Assembly (NCBI GenBank): GCA_022614965.1
Contig: JAKEHO010000043.1
Coordinates: 10,950 to 74,949, forward strand
DNA: 64,000 bases
Direction: 5' to 3'
From: Gammaproteobacteria bacterium
GTDB taxonomy: Bacteria; Pseudomonadota; Gammaproteobacteria; JAKEHO01
Positions 31,043 to 42,550 of the stretch are shown in pieces. The number at the start of each line of letters is the position of its first letter. The first letter of the stretch is position 1. The notes beneath the pieces are model-generated. The model made no database searches, had not been told where the DNA came from, and saw only the letters and a program-made list of their open reading frames with translations. A program made the translations under genes and the position numbers.

Positions 31043-32467
31043 TTACTGCGCAGCCAGCTTCCGCACGATTTCGTACATCACCCGGGTGCCGAACTTCACG
31101 TTCTCCACCGAGAGCCGCTCATCGTTGCCGTGGAGGAGGGAGGCTTCCTTGTCCGTCAGCTTGAAGGGCATGAAGCCGTAGCAGGGGATCCCCTTCTCCC
31201 GGAAGTAATGGCAGTCGGTGAACCCAACCAAGAGCGGTGTTGTTACTTTGACCCCAGGATCGTGGCTGTTCGCAACCTCTTGGAGAATCTTAAAGAACTC
31301 GGAATTGGTGGGGGACGCGCTCGGGGGAAAGGAGAGCACGGGTTCGATCTTGATCGACTCGTCCCCGATAACCTTCTGCAGCTCATCGAGGAAGCGCTGT
31401 GGATCCTCGCTTGGAAGGAGCCTCACATCAAGCTGGGCGGTGGCCTGAGGCGGGATAACGTTGACCTTGTTCGAGCCCTCCAGCATTGTGATCGAGATGG
31501 TGTTCCGAACTGCAGCGTTATCCCAGCGGTCTTCGCTGAACTCCAAGGCGAAGGCACGGTTCTGGAGGGAGGCCCTCAGATCCTTCAATCGTTGCCGCCG
31601 CTCGGGGGAGGGCTCGAGGTCGGCGGTGTCCGCGTAGAACTTCTGGACCACGGGCTCTACCTTCAGTGGCGTTTGGTAACTGACGATCCGGTGCAGCGCC
31701 TCGATCAGCTTGACCACCGCGGAGTCGGGCCGGGGCATCGAGCCATGGCCAGGGGTGCCCGTGGCCGTCAGCTTCAACCAGAGCGGGGCCTTCTGAAATA
31801 TTTCCACATCGTAGTGCAGGACCTTACCATCGTCGCCCACACTGATGAAGCTGAACTCATTCAAAACGGTGCCAGCGTCCTTCAGGAGGTCAAAGTGCTC
31901 CTGGACCATGAACCGCGCGCCCATGGCACCTCCCGCCTCCTCGTCGGCCACCCCCAGGAAAATGACATCTGCCTTCAGGGGGATCCCCTGGCGCTTCAGG
32001 GCCAGCATAGCCATCAGCTCCACGATCCCCATGCCCTTCATGTCCAGGGCACCGCGCCCCCACACGTAGCCATCCTTAACCACACCGGCGAAGGGGTCCA
32101 CCGACCAATACCGTCTGTCTGCCGGGACGACGTCCATGTGATTCATGAGGACGACGGCCTTCTTCGATCCGTCCCCTTTAAGGCGTGCATAGATATTTCC
32201 TCGTCCCGGGGTCGATTCCAGAATGCGCGCCTCGATCCCTTCTCGATCGAAGATGGCCTTGAAGAACTCAGCCGCCTTGATCTCATTTCCCGGCGGATTG
32301 GTGGTATCGATCCGAAGGTATTCACTGAGGAGAGAGACGGCTTCCTGCTCCAGAGCCTCCACGCCGGCGGCACTTTTCTCGCCTGGAACCTCCGCGGCCT
32401 TCGCCACAGCGGCCAAGGCAAACACCATGAGCCCGACTATGGCCAGCACAAGCTTGCGATTTTTCAC
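31043..32467 (-). CDS. Secreted M20/M25/M40 family metallo-hydrolase
   Basis: N-terminal signal peptide, LRIDTTNPPGNE, MNHMDVVPA, GRGALDMKG, VADEEAGG, GTPGHGS, GFTDCH, LHGNDER. GTG start after GGAGGGAG. Confidence 0.92.
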   Translation of the reverse strand: MKNRKLVLAIVGLMVFALAAVAKAAEVPGEKSAAGVEALEQEAVSLLSEYLRIDTTNPPGNEIKAAEFFKAIFDREGIEARILESTPGRGNIYARLKGDGSKKAVVLMNHMDVVPADRRYWSVDPFAGVVKDGYVWGRGALDMKGMGIVELMAMLALKRQGIPLKADVIFLGVADEEAGGAMGARFMVQEHFDLLKDAGTVLNEFSFISVGDDGKVLHYDVEIFQKAPLWLKLTATGTPGHGSMPRPDSAVVKLIEALHRIVSYQTPLKVEPVVQKFYADTADLEPSPERRQRLKDLRASLQNRAFALEFSEDRWDNAAVRNTISITMLEGSNKVNVIPPQATAQLDVRLLPSEDPQRFLDELQKVIGDESIKIEPVLSFPPSASPTNSEFFKILQEVANSHDPGVKVTTPLLVGFTDCHYFREKGIPCYGFMPFKLTDKEASLLHGNDERLSVENVKFGTRVMYEIVRKLAAQ

Positions 32468-32565
32468 AGCCTCTCCCTCCTCACAATGGATTCATTGACG
32501 TTTGCTCGAAATTGAGAGGCGAAAACGTGTCAGGAACCATTTTGCAGCTACCGTCCGAGGGGGAT

Positions 32566-32753
32566 TGAAGACCCTTTTCCGCGAAACTGCATTCAAGGAC
32601 AAGGCCGCGCGCGATAAAGCGATGCGCGAGGCCCACCGCGCACACGGTTACACGCTCTCAGAGATCGGTCGAGCACTCGACCTACACTACGCCACGATCA
32701 GCAAAGTGGTTAATCAGCGCGGGGCATAAACTTAGTTTTCAAGACCTGACTCT
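32566..32753 (+). pseudogene. C-terminal HTH remnant of a Y1/REP-associated tyrosine transposase, followed by its terminus
   Basis: LKTLF...RDKAMREAHRAHGYTLSEIGRALDLHYATISKVV resembles the C-terminal HTH of long RAYT-type transposases. TTCAAGACCTGACTCT follows 8 nt after the stop. No HUH domain upstream. Confidence 0.6.
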
Positions 32754-33015
32754 ATGTCTGCTAAGGGGACGTTCCACTCCCAACATGTTTTTGTTGCAAC
32801 ATAGGTACAGATCATGGTGGTTTGCAGATCCCGAACAGTTATTTTTATGCTTATTCGATCATTAAATGCACTATATAACGAGGCAGACAGTTCGACACGG
32901 TGCTCTTTCGATGGCGCCCAACAATTCACAGATTTGAATCACCCACTTCAAGGCCCGTTTCTTGGTTTCCGCCCCTGTTGAATGCAGCATGATTTGAATG
33001 GCAACCCCGGCATCA

Positions 33016-33893
33016 TCAGGCAAGGGTCAGTGAACTCAGATAGTTCGCAAACGCATCCTTCAACTCCGGATGTTTAAGGGCATATTCAACCGTAGCCTGC
33101 AGGTACCCCAACTTCGAACCGCAGTCATAGCGTTTCCCTTCAAATTCAAAGGCTAATACCTGCTCCGTTTGCAATAGCTTCGCTATCGCATCTGTCAACT
33201 GGATCTCCCCGCCTGCCCCCTTTTCTGTGGTCTCCAGAAGTTGAAATATCGCAGGCGTCAAAATATATCGCCCCACAGCGCAAGGGTCGACGGCGCCTCT
33301 TCAGGCTTCGGTTTCTCGACGATACGCACGACCCGGCTCAAGCGATCCGCGATCCTCTCAGTCTCCACGATGCCGTATTTACTTGTGTCTTCCAGCGGAA
33401 CCGGCTCAACAGCCAGCACGCTACATTGATGCGCCTCGAACATCTCAATCATTTGTTTTATGCATCCCACGTTGCCGTTCTCAATCAGATCGTCAGCGAG
33501 CAATACCGCAAAGGGCTCACGACCGACAACAGGCCTCGCCCGCAATACGGCGTGGCCAAGACCTAAGGGCTCTGCCTGTCGTATATAGATACAGGTGACC
33601 TCGGGAGGTAATATGTTGCGTACGATCTGCAGCAGCTCACATTTACTGCCTTTCTCCAGTTCGGCTTCCAACTCGTAGGCCTTGTCGAAATGATCAGATA
33701 TCGAACGTTTCGTTCGTCCGGTAATAAAGATCAGGTCCTTGATTCCAGCTGAGACTGCTTCTTCCGCGGCATACTGGACGAGCGGCTTGTCCACGATAGG
33801 CATCATCTCTTTAGGACTCGCCTTGGTCGCGGGCAAGAACCGAACACCAAGCCCTGCAACGGGCAACACGGCCTTTCTAATTCTCGTATTCAT
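33016..33893 (-). pseudogene. galU: UTP--glucose-1-phosphate uridylyltransferase with a single-base frameshift
   Basis: [31 protein letters not shown]...[13 protein letters not shown] then a shift at about 33277 into [11 protein letters not shown]...GEIQLTDAI...RYDCGSKLGY. Confidence 0.9.
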
Positions 33894-35758
33894 TCACGTC
33901 CATGCTTCAGCGGTACCACTTTATCGCCGGCATTGGCCGGCTCAGCAGAACCGGGAACGAGTTGCGCCAACTGCAGTTGCAATCTCTCATCATCGTACTC
34001 TCCGCACGCCGCCTCCATCTGATCAAGCAATTCCATCAAATGAGTCCATTCAATCAATCGATGTCTCGCCAATAGGATCTTTTCATGCTTCGTTGCCTCC
34101 ATCTTCTCATCAGCATAGAAGAGCTCTTCGTGCAGCTTTTCGCCAGCTCTCAAGCCCGTAAACTCAATTGGGATATCCTGACCCGGCACCTTGCCTGATA
34201 ACTTAATCATCTGCTCCGCTAGGTAAGTGATCTTGACCGGTTTCCCCATATCCAGAATGAAGATTTCCCCACCATGACCCATTGCTCCAGCCTGCAGGAT
34301 AAGCTGGCAGGCCTCACGAATGGTCATGAAGTAACGGCTGATGTCGGGGTGGGTGACAGTCACCGGTCCACCTGCTTTTATTTGTTCTTTAAATAGGGGT
34401 ACGACACTTCCGTCAGAGCCGAGTACGTTGCCAAAACGCACCGTGATAAATCGGGTTCCGGAATGCCGATTCATACTCTCGCAGTAGATCTCCGCAACCC
34501 GTTTACTGGCACCCAGGATGTTCACCGGATTAACAGCCTTATCCGTCGAAATCAGGACAAACTTATTGCATCCGAGTTTGCTCGCCGCTTCTGCCAGGAT
34601 TCTGGTTCCAAGCACATTGTTGCGAACCGCCTCACGCACTTGAAACTGAAGCAGTGGGACGTGCTTATAGGCTGCCGCGTGAAATATCACATCTGGCTTA
34701 AATGCCCCTAACACATGATCGACGGCAGCCTTGTCACAAACATCGCCCAGGATGACGTGGAGATCCAAGTCCGGGTGCCGCCGGGACAGGGCCATCTGGA
34801 TCCGATAGAGGTTATGTTCGCTTTTTTCGAAGATGACCAGCGATGCAGGGCCAAGACCAGCGATCTGGTGGCAAAGCTCTGAACCGATCGACCCACCTCC
34901 CCCGCTGACCATGACAACCTTGCCTGACAGGCCTTCCTGGATGATGGTCCAGTCGAGCTCAACCTTTTCCCTCCCGAGGAGATCATCAATCGAAACCTCG
35001 CGCAGTTCGGTAAGGCCCGAAACCCCCGTCAGCATGTCCTGAAGTCTTGGTACGGTACGAAATGGAACCGAAGTTTGCTCACAGTGCTCAACAATCCGCT
35101 GCATCTCAACATTTGTGGCTGAGGGCAGGGCGATCACAATCATATCAATGTCGTACTGCCGAATGACTTGCGGGAGGGCATCGATCGTACCGAGCACAGG
35201 TACGCCATGGATCTTGGCATCGACCAGGCGCGGCTCATCATCCAGCATTCCGACAGGCAGATACCTGGTATCACGAAGCATTTCCCGTACCAGCATCTCG
35301 CCTGCGCGCCCCGCACCGATGATCAATACACGCGTACCGCCAGAGATTGTCCGAAGATTAAGTGTGTGATCCTTCCACAAGCGATACCCTAGCCGTGGCC
35401 CGCCAAGGAGGAGCACCAGAAACACGGGGTATAAAACAAATAGCGATCGCGGAACACCCTCAAGGCGAGTAAAAATAAACAGCACCAAAGCAATCGAAAG
35501 GGTACCAAGCGCTACAGCGCGGAATATGTTCCAGAGATCGGGGAGACTTGCAAACCGCCACACACCGCGATACAGCCCAAACTGCCAGAAAATCAGACCT
35601 TGGATCAGCACCACCAGTGGTAACGTCCGGAGGTTAATTTCCCAATCCGGAACAGGAAAGGCAAAGTTATATCTGACGATCCAGCCGAGCGCCCAGGCAC
35701 AGGCTGCCACCAGCAGGTCATGCAAAATGACCGCAGTGCGACGATCAATGCGCATCAC
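33890..35758 (-). CDS. Membrane-anchored UDP-sugar 4,6-dehydratase (WbpM/PglF/CapD-like)
   Basis: Four N-terminal TM segments, [62 protein letters not shown]. Confidence 0.95.
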   Translation of the reverse strand: MMRIDRRTAVILHDLLVAACAWALGWIVRYNFAFPVPDWEINLRTLPLVVLIQGLIFWQFGLYRGVWRFASLPDLWNIFRAVALGTLSIALVLFIFTRLEGVPRSLFVLYPVFLVLLLGGPRLGYRLWKDHTLNLRTISGGTRVLIIGAGRAGEMLVREMLRDTRYLPVGMLDDEPRLVDAKIHGVPVLGTIDALPQVIRQYDIDMIVIALPSATNVEMQRIVEHCEQTSVPFRTVPRLQDMLTGVSGLTELREVSIDDLLGREKVELDWTIIQEGLSGKVVMVSGGGGSIGSELCHQIAGLGPASLVIFEKSEHNLYRIQMALSRRHPDLDLHVILGDVCDKAAVDHVLGAFKPDVIFHAAAYKHVPLLQFQVREAVRNNVLGTRILAEAASKLGCNKFVLISTDKAVNPVNILGASKRVAEIYCESMNRHSGTRFITVRFGNVLGSDGSVVPLFKEQIKAGGPVTVTHPDISRYFMTIREACQLILQAGAMGHGGEIFILDMGKPVKITYLAEQMIKLSGKVPGQDIPIEFTGLRAGEKLHEELFYADEKMEATKHEKILLARHRLIEWTHLMELLDQMEAACGEYDDERLQLQLAQLVPGSAEPANAGDKVVPLKHGRE

Positions 35759-36810
35759 GAGCCGAGCCCCTCTCCGGCAACACTATGCCGATAACGCCTC
35801 TGGATGACAAACCAAAGGGAGCCCGCGCCGACGCACACCGAGCCAGCGATTACGATAAGCCCACCTCCCGATTGCAGGGCAAGATAGGCGAGGGGCCATA
35901 ACAAAAATACGTTAACTAACACCATCCCTATCGCAAGTTGACGGTGACTCACACCAAGCTGCACCAGTCGCTGATAAGCATGGGAACGGTGCGCAGCATA
36001 CCACTTCTCACCCAATGCAGCTCGTCGTAGCAGTGTCAATGTGGCATCCCAGACAAAGATAGCGAGCAGGATCGACCAAATGAGTGCTGGCGTCGAACCC
36101 GTTCGTTCCCCAGCCAGCACGAGCACCCCAAAGGTAAATCCAATCAGATAACTGCCCACATCGCCCATAAAGATCTTGGCAGGCGGCCAGTTCCAGATCA
36201 GAAACCCCGAACTCGCGGAGGCCATCACAAAACATACCATGGCCAATCCCGCCTCACCTTGCATGTAAAACAGGAGACCACCCATGATCCCAGCACAAAT
36301 GCACTGGATTGCTGCAAAACCATCAGTGCCATCCATGAAGTTGTAAAGATTGGTGATCCACATCAAGCCGACAAACCCGAGAACGGTACCAAGCCAACCC
36401 AGCGAAAGTCTGGTAACCCCCAAGTCAATCGAGTCAACGCCGCCCAGCCAGAATAATGCCCAACAGGCCGCAGCGATTTGTGCTAATGCGCGCCATGACG
36501 CTGCGATGTCCTTGTGATCATCAATCCATCCGATCGCAGAAACCATCAACCCGCCACCGGCCAAGGCCATCGCCGTATCGATAGTCAGAGCACCTACAAG
36601 CGCCAGGAAAACAACCGCTAGGATCACCACCACCGATAGTCCCAAGCCGCCACCTCGCGGTGTCGGCACCACATGAGAGTTTCGTTCATTAGGAATATCG
36701 ATAAGGGAATGCCGAAGTGAATATCGACGCACCAGCCCTGTCATGACCGCGGACAGCGAAAAAATCAATACCAGTGCAAACGCAATAAAAATTATCTGCG
36801 AGCTGAGCAC
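35755..36810 (-). CDS. MraY/WecA-family undecaprenyl-phosphate sugar-1-phosphate transferase (WbpL-like)
   Basis: DIPNERNSHVVPTPRGGG, GWIDDH, NLYNFMDGTDG, NWPPAKIFMGDVGS, AHRSHAYQRL. Confidence 0.95.
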   Translation of the reverse strand: MLSSQIIFIAFALVLIFSLSAVMTGLVRRYSLRHSLIDIPNERNSHVVPTPRGGGLGLSVVVILAVVFLALVGALTIDTAMALAGGGLMVSAIGWIDDHKDIAASWRALAQIAAACWALFWLGGVDSIDLGVTRLSLGWLGTVLGFVGLMWITNLYNFMDGTDGFAAIQCICAGIMGGLLFYMQGEAGLAMVCFVMASASSGFLIWNWPPAKIFMGDVGSYLIGFTFGVLVLAGERTGSTPALIWSILLAIFVWDATLTLLRRAALGEKWYAAHRSHAYQRLVQLGVSHRQLAIGMVLVNVFLLWPLAYLALQSGGGLIVIAGSVCVGAGSLWFVIQRRYRHSVAGEGLGS

Positions 36811-36875
36811 GATTCAGATCTTGCGCCGCATGTTTGGGCCGCCAAAGACGGACAAATTGCTAGACGACTCAGTGC

Positions 36876-37859
36876 TCAGCTTCGCTGCCCTTGCAAAAAC
36901 CAAGTGCTTGTTGCTTCAAGTCCCTCACGCATGCTGTATGTCGGCGACCACTGAAGTTCGCGGCGGATGCGGGAGCCGTCAACCAACAACGAGTCAAGCA
37001 AACGGGCAACAATTGATGCGGTGCCCGTTAGCATCCCTGCAGTCCGCAACAGTGACACCGGCACAGAGAAGAGTCGCGCCCGTAGACGAAGGGAAGCGGC
37101 AATTCTATTGATAAGCTCAGGCGTTGAGACGTCATCGTCGCTCAAGAGATAGGTCCTCCCCGCCGCCGCCGGATGTCTGACACAGATCAGGATGGCATCA
37201 CACAGGTTACCGACAAAAATATAGCTACGCAGGTTTCTGATGCGGCCGAGTGGCAGCGGTATTCCGAGTTTAACAATCCGCAGCAAGCGCAAAAAATTCG
37301 CCTTTACACCGGGACCGTAGACCAAGGGAACGCGCAAGATCACAGTCTCCAACTTGCTGGTGGCACCAATGCGCTGAAGGGCCTGTTCAGCCTCCCACTT
37401 ACTTATTCCATAGGCGTCTTGCGGCCGAGCGGGATCCTTCTCTGAATACCGCTGCCAGTCGCCATCCTCGCCTCGACGCGTGTGCTCACCGTTGACCTTG
37501 ATGGAACTCAGATAGATAAATCTCTTCACGCCACGCGCAGCCGCCGATCGTGCGAGGTGTTCGGTGGCTTGAGTGTTTATTCGTCTATACTCCGCGAGCG
37601 CATCGCGGGCCTCCCGTCCCATAATGTGTACCCGACCAGCCAAATGGATGACCACATCGACACCCTCAACGGCGTGGGACCAATTCGTCTTTTCATCGGC
37701 CACATCAAGCGCGATCCAATCCTTTATCTCGCGATCAGTTTGGGATTTATAGTGATCTGGATCCCGACTAGTCGCCCGGACATCATAGCCCGCAGCAATG
37801 ACAGAGGCACCAACCGCGCGCCCGATAAAACCCTTCGCTCCAGTGAGGAGAATTCGCAT
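36876..37859 (-). CDS. NAD-dependent epimerase/dehydratase (UDP-sugar 4-epimerase/reductase-like)
   Basis: LTGAKGFIG, HLAGRVH, SSIKVNGE, YGISK, PLVYGPGVKANF. Confidence 0.92.
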   Translation of the reverse strand: MRILLTGAKGFIGRAVGASVIAAGYDVRATSRDPDHYKSQTDREIKDWIALDVADEKTNWSHAVEGVDVVIHLAGRVHIMGREARDALAEYRRINTQATEHLARSAAARGVKRFIYLSSIKVNGEHTRRGEDGDWQRYSEKDPARPQDAYGISKWEAEQALQRIGATSKLETVILRVPLVYGPGVKANFLRLLRIVKLGIPLPLGRIRNLRSYIFVGNLCDAILICVRHPAAAGRTYLLSDDDVSTPELINRIAASLRLRARLFSVPVSLLRTAGMLTGTASIVARLLDSLLVDGSRIRRELQWSPTYSMREGLEATSTWFLQGQRS

Positions 37860-37951
37860 TGCGCAGGTCGTCCGCAGACCCTAGTCGCTGCTCGCCGACT
37901 CGCACGATTGAAGAGCTTGCTGGAACGTATTGCTGAAGAGCCCCTCGTGTA

Positions 37952-39118
37952 TCACGAACCCGTTTCCCGAATACTGCCGAATTGAATTTGCGTGGCACGT
38001 AATATCTCCCTATAGAGATCCAGCGTGTCTTTGGTTACCCTGTCGATCGAAAATTCAGTCACCGCGAGCATCCGGCCGCGCTCGCCCATCTTTTTGCGCA
38101 GTGAGGCGTCTTCGATTAGATGCTTTAACGCACGTGCCAAAGCGACCGAATCCCTCGCTGGAACGAGAAAGCCGTTCTCACCATCACGAACGATCTCGTG
38201 GCAACCCGGCGCATCAGCAGCTACGATTGGCCTGCCGGATGCAGCGGCTTCAACCAGTACCTTAGGCAAGCCCTCCCGATACGACGGAAGGCACACGATA
38301 TGCGCCATCTTGAACACTGCCGGCATATCATCGCGCCTGCCCCACCATTCCACTACGCCGCCCTGCTGCCATTGCTCTAAAACATGCGATTTTATCGCTG
38401 AAGGATTTTCAGCGTCCGTCTCACCAACCAGCACAAAACGCGCATTGATCCCATCGGCCCGAAGCGCTTGGGCGGCATCGACAAACTCTCGCACACCCTT
38501 GTCCCATAACATACGCGAGGCCAGGACAACAGTAGCAGCGCCTTTACCTTCTGAGCTTGGGCTAAATTTTTTCATATCAACGCCCGATCCCTTTATCACA
38601 ACAACCCGATCGTTCTTCAAAAGGCCAGCGTTGGTAAGCATTTGTTGATCATCCGGATTTTGAAGGACGACCCAGCTATTTCCCCTGGATAACAAGATGC
38701 GCAATGCGGGCTTCACCAGACGGCGTAACAGGCGTGCTCGCCAGTGATGAGACGTGAATATATAACCCAAGCCAGTCAATGCGTTTACGATCGCCGATGC
38801 GCCTGTTAACAGCGCCGCTGCACTACCATAGAGTACCGGCTTCATTGCCACATGATGAAGAATATCAGGCCGTTCAGATCGGTATATATGCATCAGGGAG
38901 CGGATCACGCGGATATCACGCCACGGATATCTTCCAGATCGAGGAAAATCAATAGGAACCAATTTCAACCCTGCTTTACGTATCTGTTCAGCGTGCTTGT
39001 TCACCCTTGTTGTGACAACCACGTCAAATCCCGCATCGCGCGCCGCGCATGCGAGCGAGATCCTGTGGGAGCAGAAGTACCAATCCTCCGTAACAAGATA
39101 CAGAATCTTGGGATTCAT
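37952..39118 (-). CDS. Glycosyltransferase family 4
   Basis: [45 protein letters not shown] overlaps the stop of the upstream amidotransferase remnant. Confidence 0.93.
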   Translation of the reverse strand: MNPKILYLVTEDWYFCSHRISLACAARDAGFDVVVTTRVNKHAEQIRKAGLKLVPIDFPRSGRYPWRDIRVIRSLMHIYRSERPDILHHVAMKPVLYGSAAALLTGASAIVNALTGLGYIFTSHHWRARLLRRLVKPALRILLSRGNSWVVLQNPDDQQMLTNAGLLKNDRVVVIKGSGVDMKKFSPSSEGKGAATVVLASRMLWDKGVREFVDAAQALRADGINARFVLVGETDAENPSAIKSHVLEQWQQGGVVEWWGRRDDMPAVFKMAHIVCLPSYREGLPKVLVEAAASGRPIVAADAPGCHEIVRDGENGFLVPARDSVALARALKHLIEDASLRKKMGERGRMLAVTEFSIDRVTKDTLDLYREILRATQIQFGSIRETGS

Positions 39119-41071
39119 ATGGCCCAACGTTCACACCATGCTTGAAACATAAGAATGCCCCATAGGTGGTACTGCCAATTGCGTTGACCGGCCAGATGCT
39201 CCTGCCATTTCTGCCGTATCGCAACCGGATTGAGAAGTCCCTGTGTTCGCAAACGTTGATCGTCAAGCAGACTCTCGGCCCAGTCGCGAAGCGGGCCACG
39301 CAACCATGAATCAATCGGTACTGCAAACCCCATTTTCGGTCGGGCAATCAATTCCTTAGGAACGACCTAGTAGAGGATCTGGCGCGCCAGCCATTTGCTC
39401 TCGCCATGCCGGTTCTTCATCGACAAGGGCAGGCGCCAAGCAAGTTCAATGGCCCGATGATCAAAAAAGGTGCCCGAGATTCGAGGCTCACGCCCGTGCT
39501 TGCACGATCGACTTTCACGAGAATGTCATCAGGGAGATAGCACAGCATGTCGAGAAAGATCATCCACGGCGTAAAGTCAGTAAGCTCGCCCACTGCTTGC
39601 GATCATAAAGAGGCACAGAATTTTCCCCTGGATCGTTGGCAAACAAAGTATCGCCAGCGCCATTAGACACCAAAGCAAAATACAGCGCTTCCTGATCCGC
39701 TGCTGTGTTCACATCAGCCAGCTTATGCATCTTCTCGCCAGCATTCGCAACCCTCATCCTATCTGGCAGAAGGGGCTCGAATGAGTTAATGATTCGATCC
39801 CATGACCCAACGGAAACCCACCTGAGCGCTCTGGCTACTTGCTGTTGAAGTGAGCTGAGCAACCAACCGACGTTTTTCCATATCCTTGGTGCCCAAATAT
39901 GGCGGTTGTAGCCTCCAAACAGTTCATCTCCGCCATCGCCGGAAAGGCTCACCGTAACGTGGCGCCGAGCAAGCCGGGCAATGAACAGAGTAGGTATCTG
40001 CGGCACGTCAGAAAATGGCTCATCATAGAGATTCGGTAGGCCGGGAATCACCGATCTCGCCTCGTCTGCTGTGACATGAAACTCCGTATGATCTATCCCA
40101 AGAAATCGTGCGACGGCGCGCGCGTTGTTCGCCTCGTTATACCCATGCTCCGCATATCCCACGGTAAACGTTTTGATGGGTAGCGTGCTTTCCGCTTGCA
40201 TCAGGGCGGCGACAATACTTGAGTCAAGTCCCCCTGACAGAAATGCGCCGAGGGGCACGTCCGATTCCATCCGCAACCGAACTGCATTACGTAGCAGGAC
40301 TTCAAATTCCGTCACAGCATCAGCCTCAGATCCTGCGTAGAGATCTGCTGTCCGACGCTCTGCGATATCTTTTAGGGTCCAATATGCATGAGCAGATGCA
40401 GGTAGTGCACGTTTGCGGCTTGGAATGGCCAGGATTGTTCCTGGCAACAGTATGACGACACCTTTATAAATCGATTGGGGTGCTGAAACATAATTGAGTT
40501 TCAGATAGAGCGCCAATGCTTTGTGATCGATTTGAGGTTTGAGTGCTGGGTAAGTCAAAATGGCCTTCAGCTCGAATGCAAAGAAGAATGCATCATGTGT
40601 CCAACCGTAATAAAGGGGTTTCTCGCCCATGCGGTCACGTACTAGATAGAGTATGCCCTCTCTGCGATCCCGCAACGCAAACGCAAACATCCCGTTTAAG
40701 CGCTTCACGGCATCGATCACGCCCCAGGCAGAACACGCTTCCAGGATGACCCCCGTATCGGAATGACCGAAAAATTGGGTGCCCCGTGCTTCGAGCTGCA
40801 GGCGCAGTTCGCGAAAGTTGTAGATCTCTCCGTTATAGACCAGCACGTAAACCGCATCATGTGACATCATGGGCTGATGACCCGCTGGGGACAGGTCGAT
40901 GATTGACAGCCTACGATGTCCCAGCGCAACCCCTGTTTTGGCATCGATCCACGTTCCGCCATGGTCCGGTCCCCGATGTTGAAGCGTGTCAGCCATCATG
41001 CGCACCGTGTTATGCAGCGCATCATGGCTGGATGCCTTTCTGAAGTCGATAAAGTCAGATAGGCCGCACAT
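39115..41071 (-). pseudogene. Asparagine synthase-like (glutamine-hydrolysing) amidotransferase, disrupted
   Basis: MCG start, [63 protein letters not shown]. Frameshifts at about 39588 and 39465, and an in-frame TAG at 39369-39367. Confidence 0.9.
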
Positions 41072-41300
41072 GATTTAGTTACTCAGTCAACCGGGCATTG
41101 AACCGGAAGCACACAACGCGCCCCCGCGCACCGCAGCTCAAGCCCGACGACTAGAGGGCGCGCAAATTCGACACCTTCATTGGCTACGAAAACTCGGCTC
41201 GTTTCCCTAGCCGCAGTTAGGGAATTGCCCAAAGGGCCAGGCAGTTTTGTGAATCCAGATCAATGGCGTACGGCGAGGTAGGCTCTGCGCCGACGATCTA

Positions 41301-42512
41301 TCAGTTTGATCCGAGAATAGCCGAGAGTGGGGAACTGTCGGGCTTCGCTAACCCCGAGTACAACCGCAGGTACTGAGCCACACTTTCATCTAGAGAGAAT
41401 TCCATCTTTACCCGTTGTCTTCCAGCCAGACCCATTCGCGTCCGGCGTTCAGGATCGCTCGCAAGCGCCAGTATTGCCTTGCCAAGTAAGCCAGGATTGG
41501 CTCGCGGGACAACCAATCCAGTGACCCCATCAATCACGGCTTCCACATTACCACCGACATTCGTAACCACGATTGGCAGCCGTGCAGCCATACACTCAAG
41601 CACACTGTTTGAAAAACCTTCCTGGTGAGATGCTGAGATGCCAATATCCGCCGCTTTCAACAACTGGGGCACATCAATACGCTCCCCCAGCCATCGGATG
41701 TGTTTTTCGATACCGAGACTCTGTGCCTCCTCCTGCAAGCCGTCCCCGATGCCATCATCTCGCCCGATGCAGAGCAAGAGCCAGTGCTTTGGCAAGTCAC
41801 ACACGACTGTCTTTAGCGCACGTAATAGATCAACGTGTCCCTTGTGCGGTATAAGAGTTGCAACGATGACCAGAATGAGAGCAGTTTCCGGCAGGCCCAA
41901 TGATTGCCGCAAGGCTCGCGCACTGCCCAATCTGTCGAACAACTGCACATCTACGCCGTTATAGATCAATCCCAACTTGTTCGACGGAACACCTTCATCG
42001 CGAAGCTGATTAACAACTGCACGAGAATTTCCGAGCATAGCGTCTGTGCGCATTTGTACCCAGCGTTCAAGGTGAGCCAGTACAGGATGCTTGCGTTGAT
42101 AATCATTCAGGCTTCGCCGGCTTATAATGCGAGTTGCGCCTGAGGCAACCAGTGCGCATAGGCCGCCGACAATAGACGCTTCGGGCAGGAAAAAATGAAC
42201 GATACTGGGGCGTCGATGGATTAGGATCCCAAGTAAATAAAACGCTGCAAAGACAATGCGAAGGCTCTTGGGTCGTTGCCAGGGGGGGGTACAGACCTCT
42301 ACGCCTGCCGCTTTCATCGTATCTTCAAGTGCCCCACCGCCGCGTAATACACATACGAAAACCTTTAGCAATCCGCGGTTGAGTCGAGGCAGTACGTCCA
42401 GCAGATGCCGTTCGGTTCCTCCGATATCGAGTTTGCGGGTGACGACAAGGATATCTATCGGCTCATTGTCTGCCGTGATTATCCTCGGCGCTTGTTCCTT
42501 CAGCACTATCAT
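41301..42512 (-). CDS. Glycosyltransferase family 4
   Basis: LDIGGTERH, IYNGVD, VATLIPHKGH, SASHQEGFSNSVLECMA, TNVGGNVE. Confidence 0.93.
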   Translation of the reverse strand: MIVLKEQAPRIITADNEPIDILVVTRKLDIGGTERHLLDVLPRLNRGLLKVFVCVLRGGGALEDTMKAAGVEVCTPPWQRPKSLRIVFAAFYLLGILIHRRPSIVHFFLPEASIVGGLCALVASGATRIISRRSLNDYQRKHPVLAHLERWVQMRTDAMLGNSRAVVNQLRDEGVPSNKLGLIYNGVDVQLFDRLGSARALRQSLGLPETALILVIVATLIPHKGHVDLLRALKTVVCDLPKHWLLLCIGRDDGIGDGLQEEAQSLGIEKHIRWLGERIDVPQLLKAADIGISASHQEGFSNSVLECMAARLPIVVTNVGGNVEAVIDGVTGLVVPRANPGLLGKAILALASDPERRTRMGLAGRQRVKMEFSLDESVAQYLRLYSGLAKPDSSPLSAILGSN

Positions 42513-42550
42513 GAGTTGCTACGCACCTCACCCGCATTTCGTCATGCAGG

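Noticed and set aside
30998-32515. 505-aa plus-strand ORF
   Set aside because: It is antisense to the M20 peptidase, has no recognisable motifs, and is the shadow expected from strongly GC-biased codon usage.
32732-32929. 65-aa minus-strand ORF after galU
   Set aside because: No motif or RBS, and it ends in the element terminus. Likely spurious.
26149-33015. Prophage or ICE integrated at tRNA-Asn
   Set aside because: No integrase or phage/conjugation genes, and I could not find a direct repeat of the tRNA 3' end by eye.
39367-39369. Programmed TAG read-through in the amidotransferase
   Set aside because: The same gene has two frameshifts and degenerate conserved sites, so decay is the simpler explanation.
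41101-41290. attC-like site (CCCTAAC...) between the GT4 gene and the amidotransferase
   Set aside because: It forms only a short CCCTA/TAGGG hairpin with no L boxes or distal R' box.
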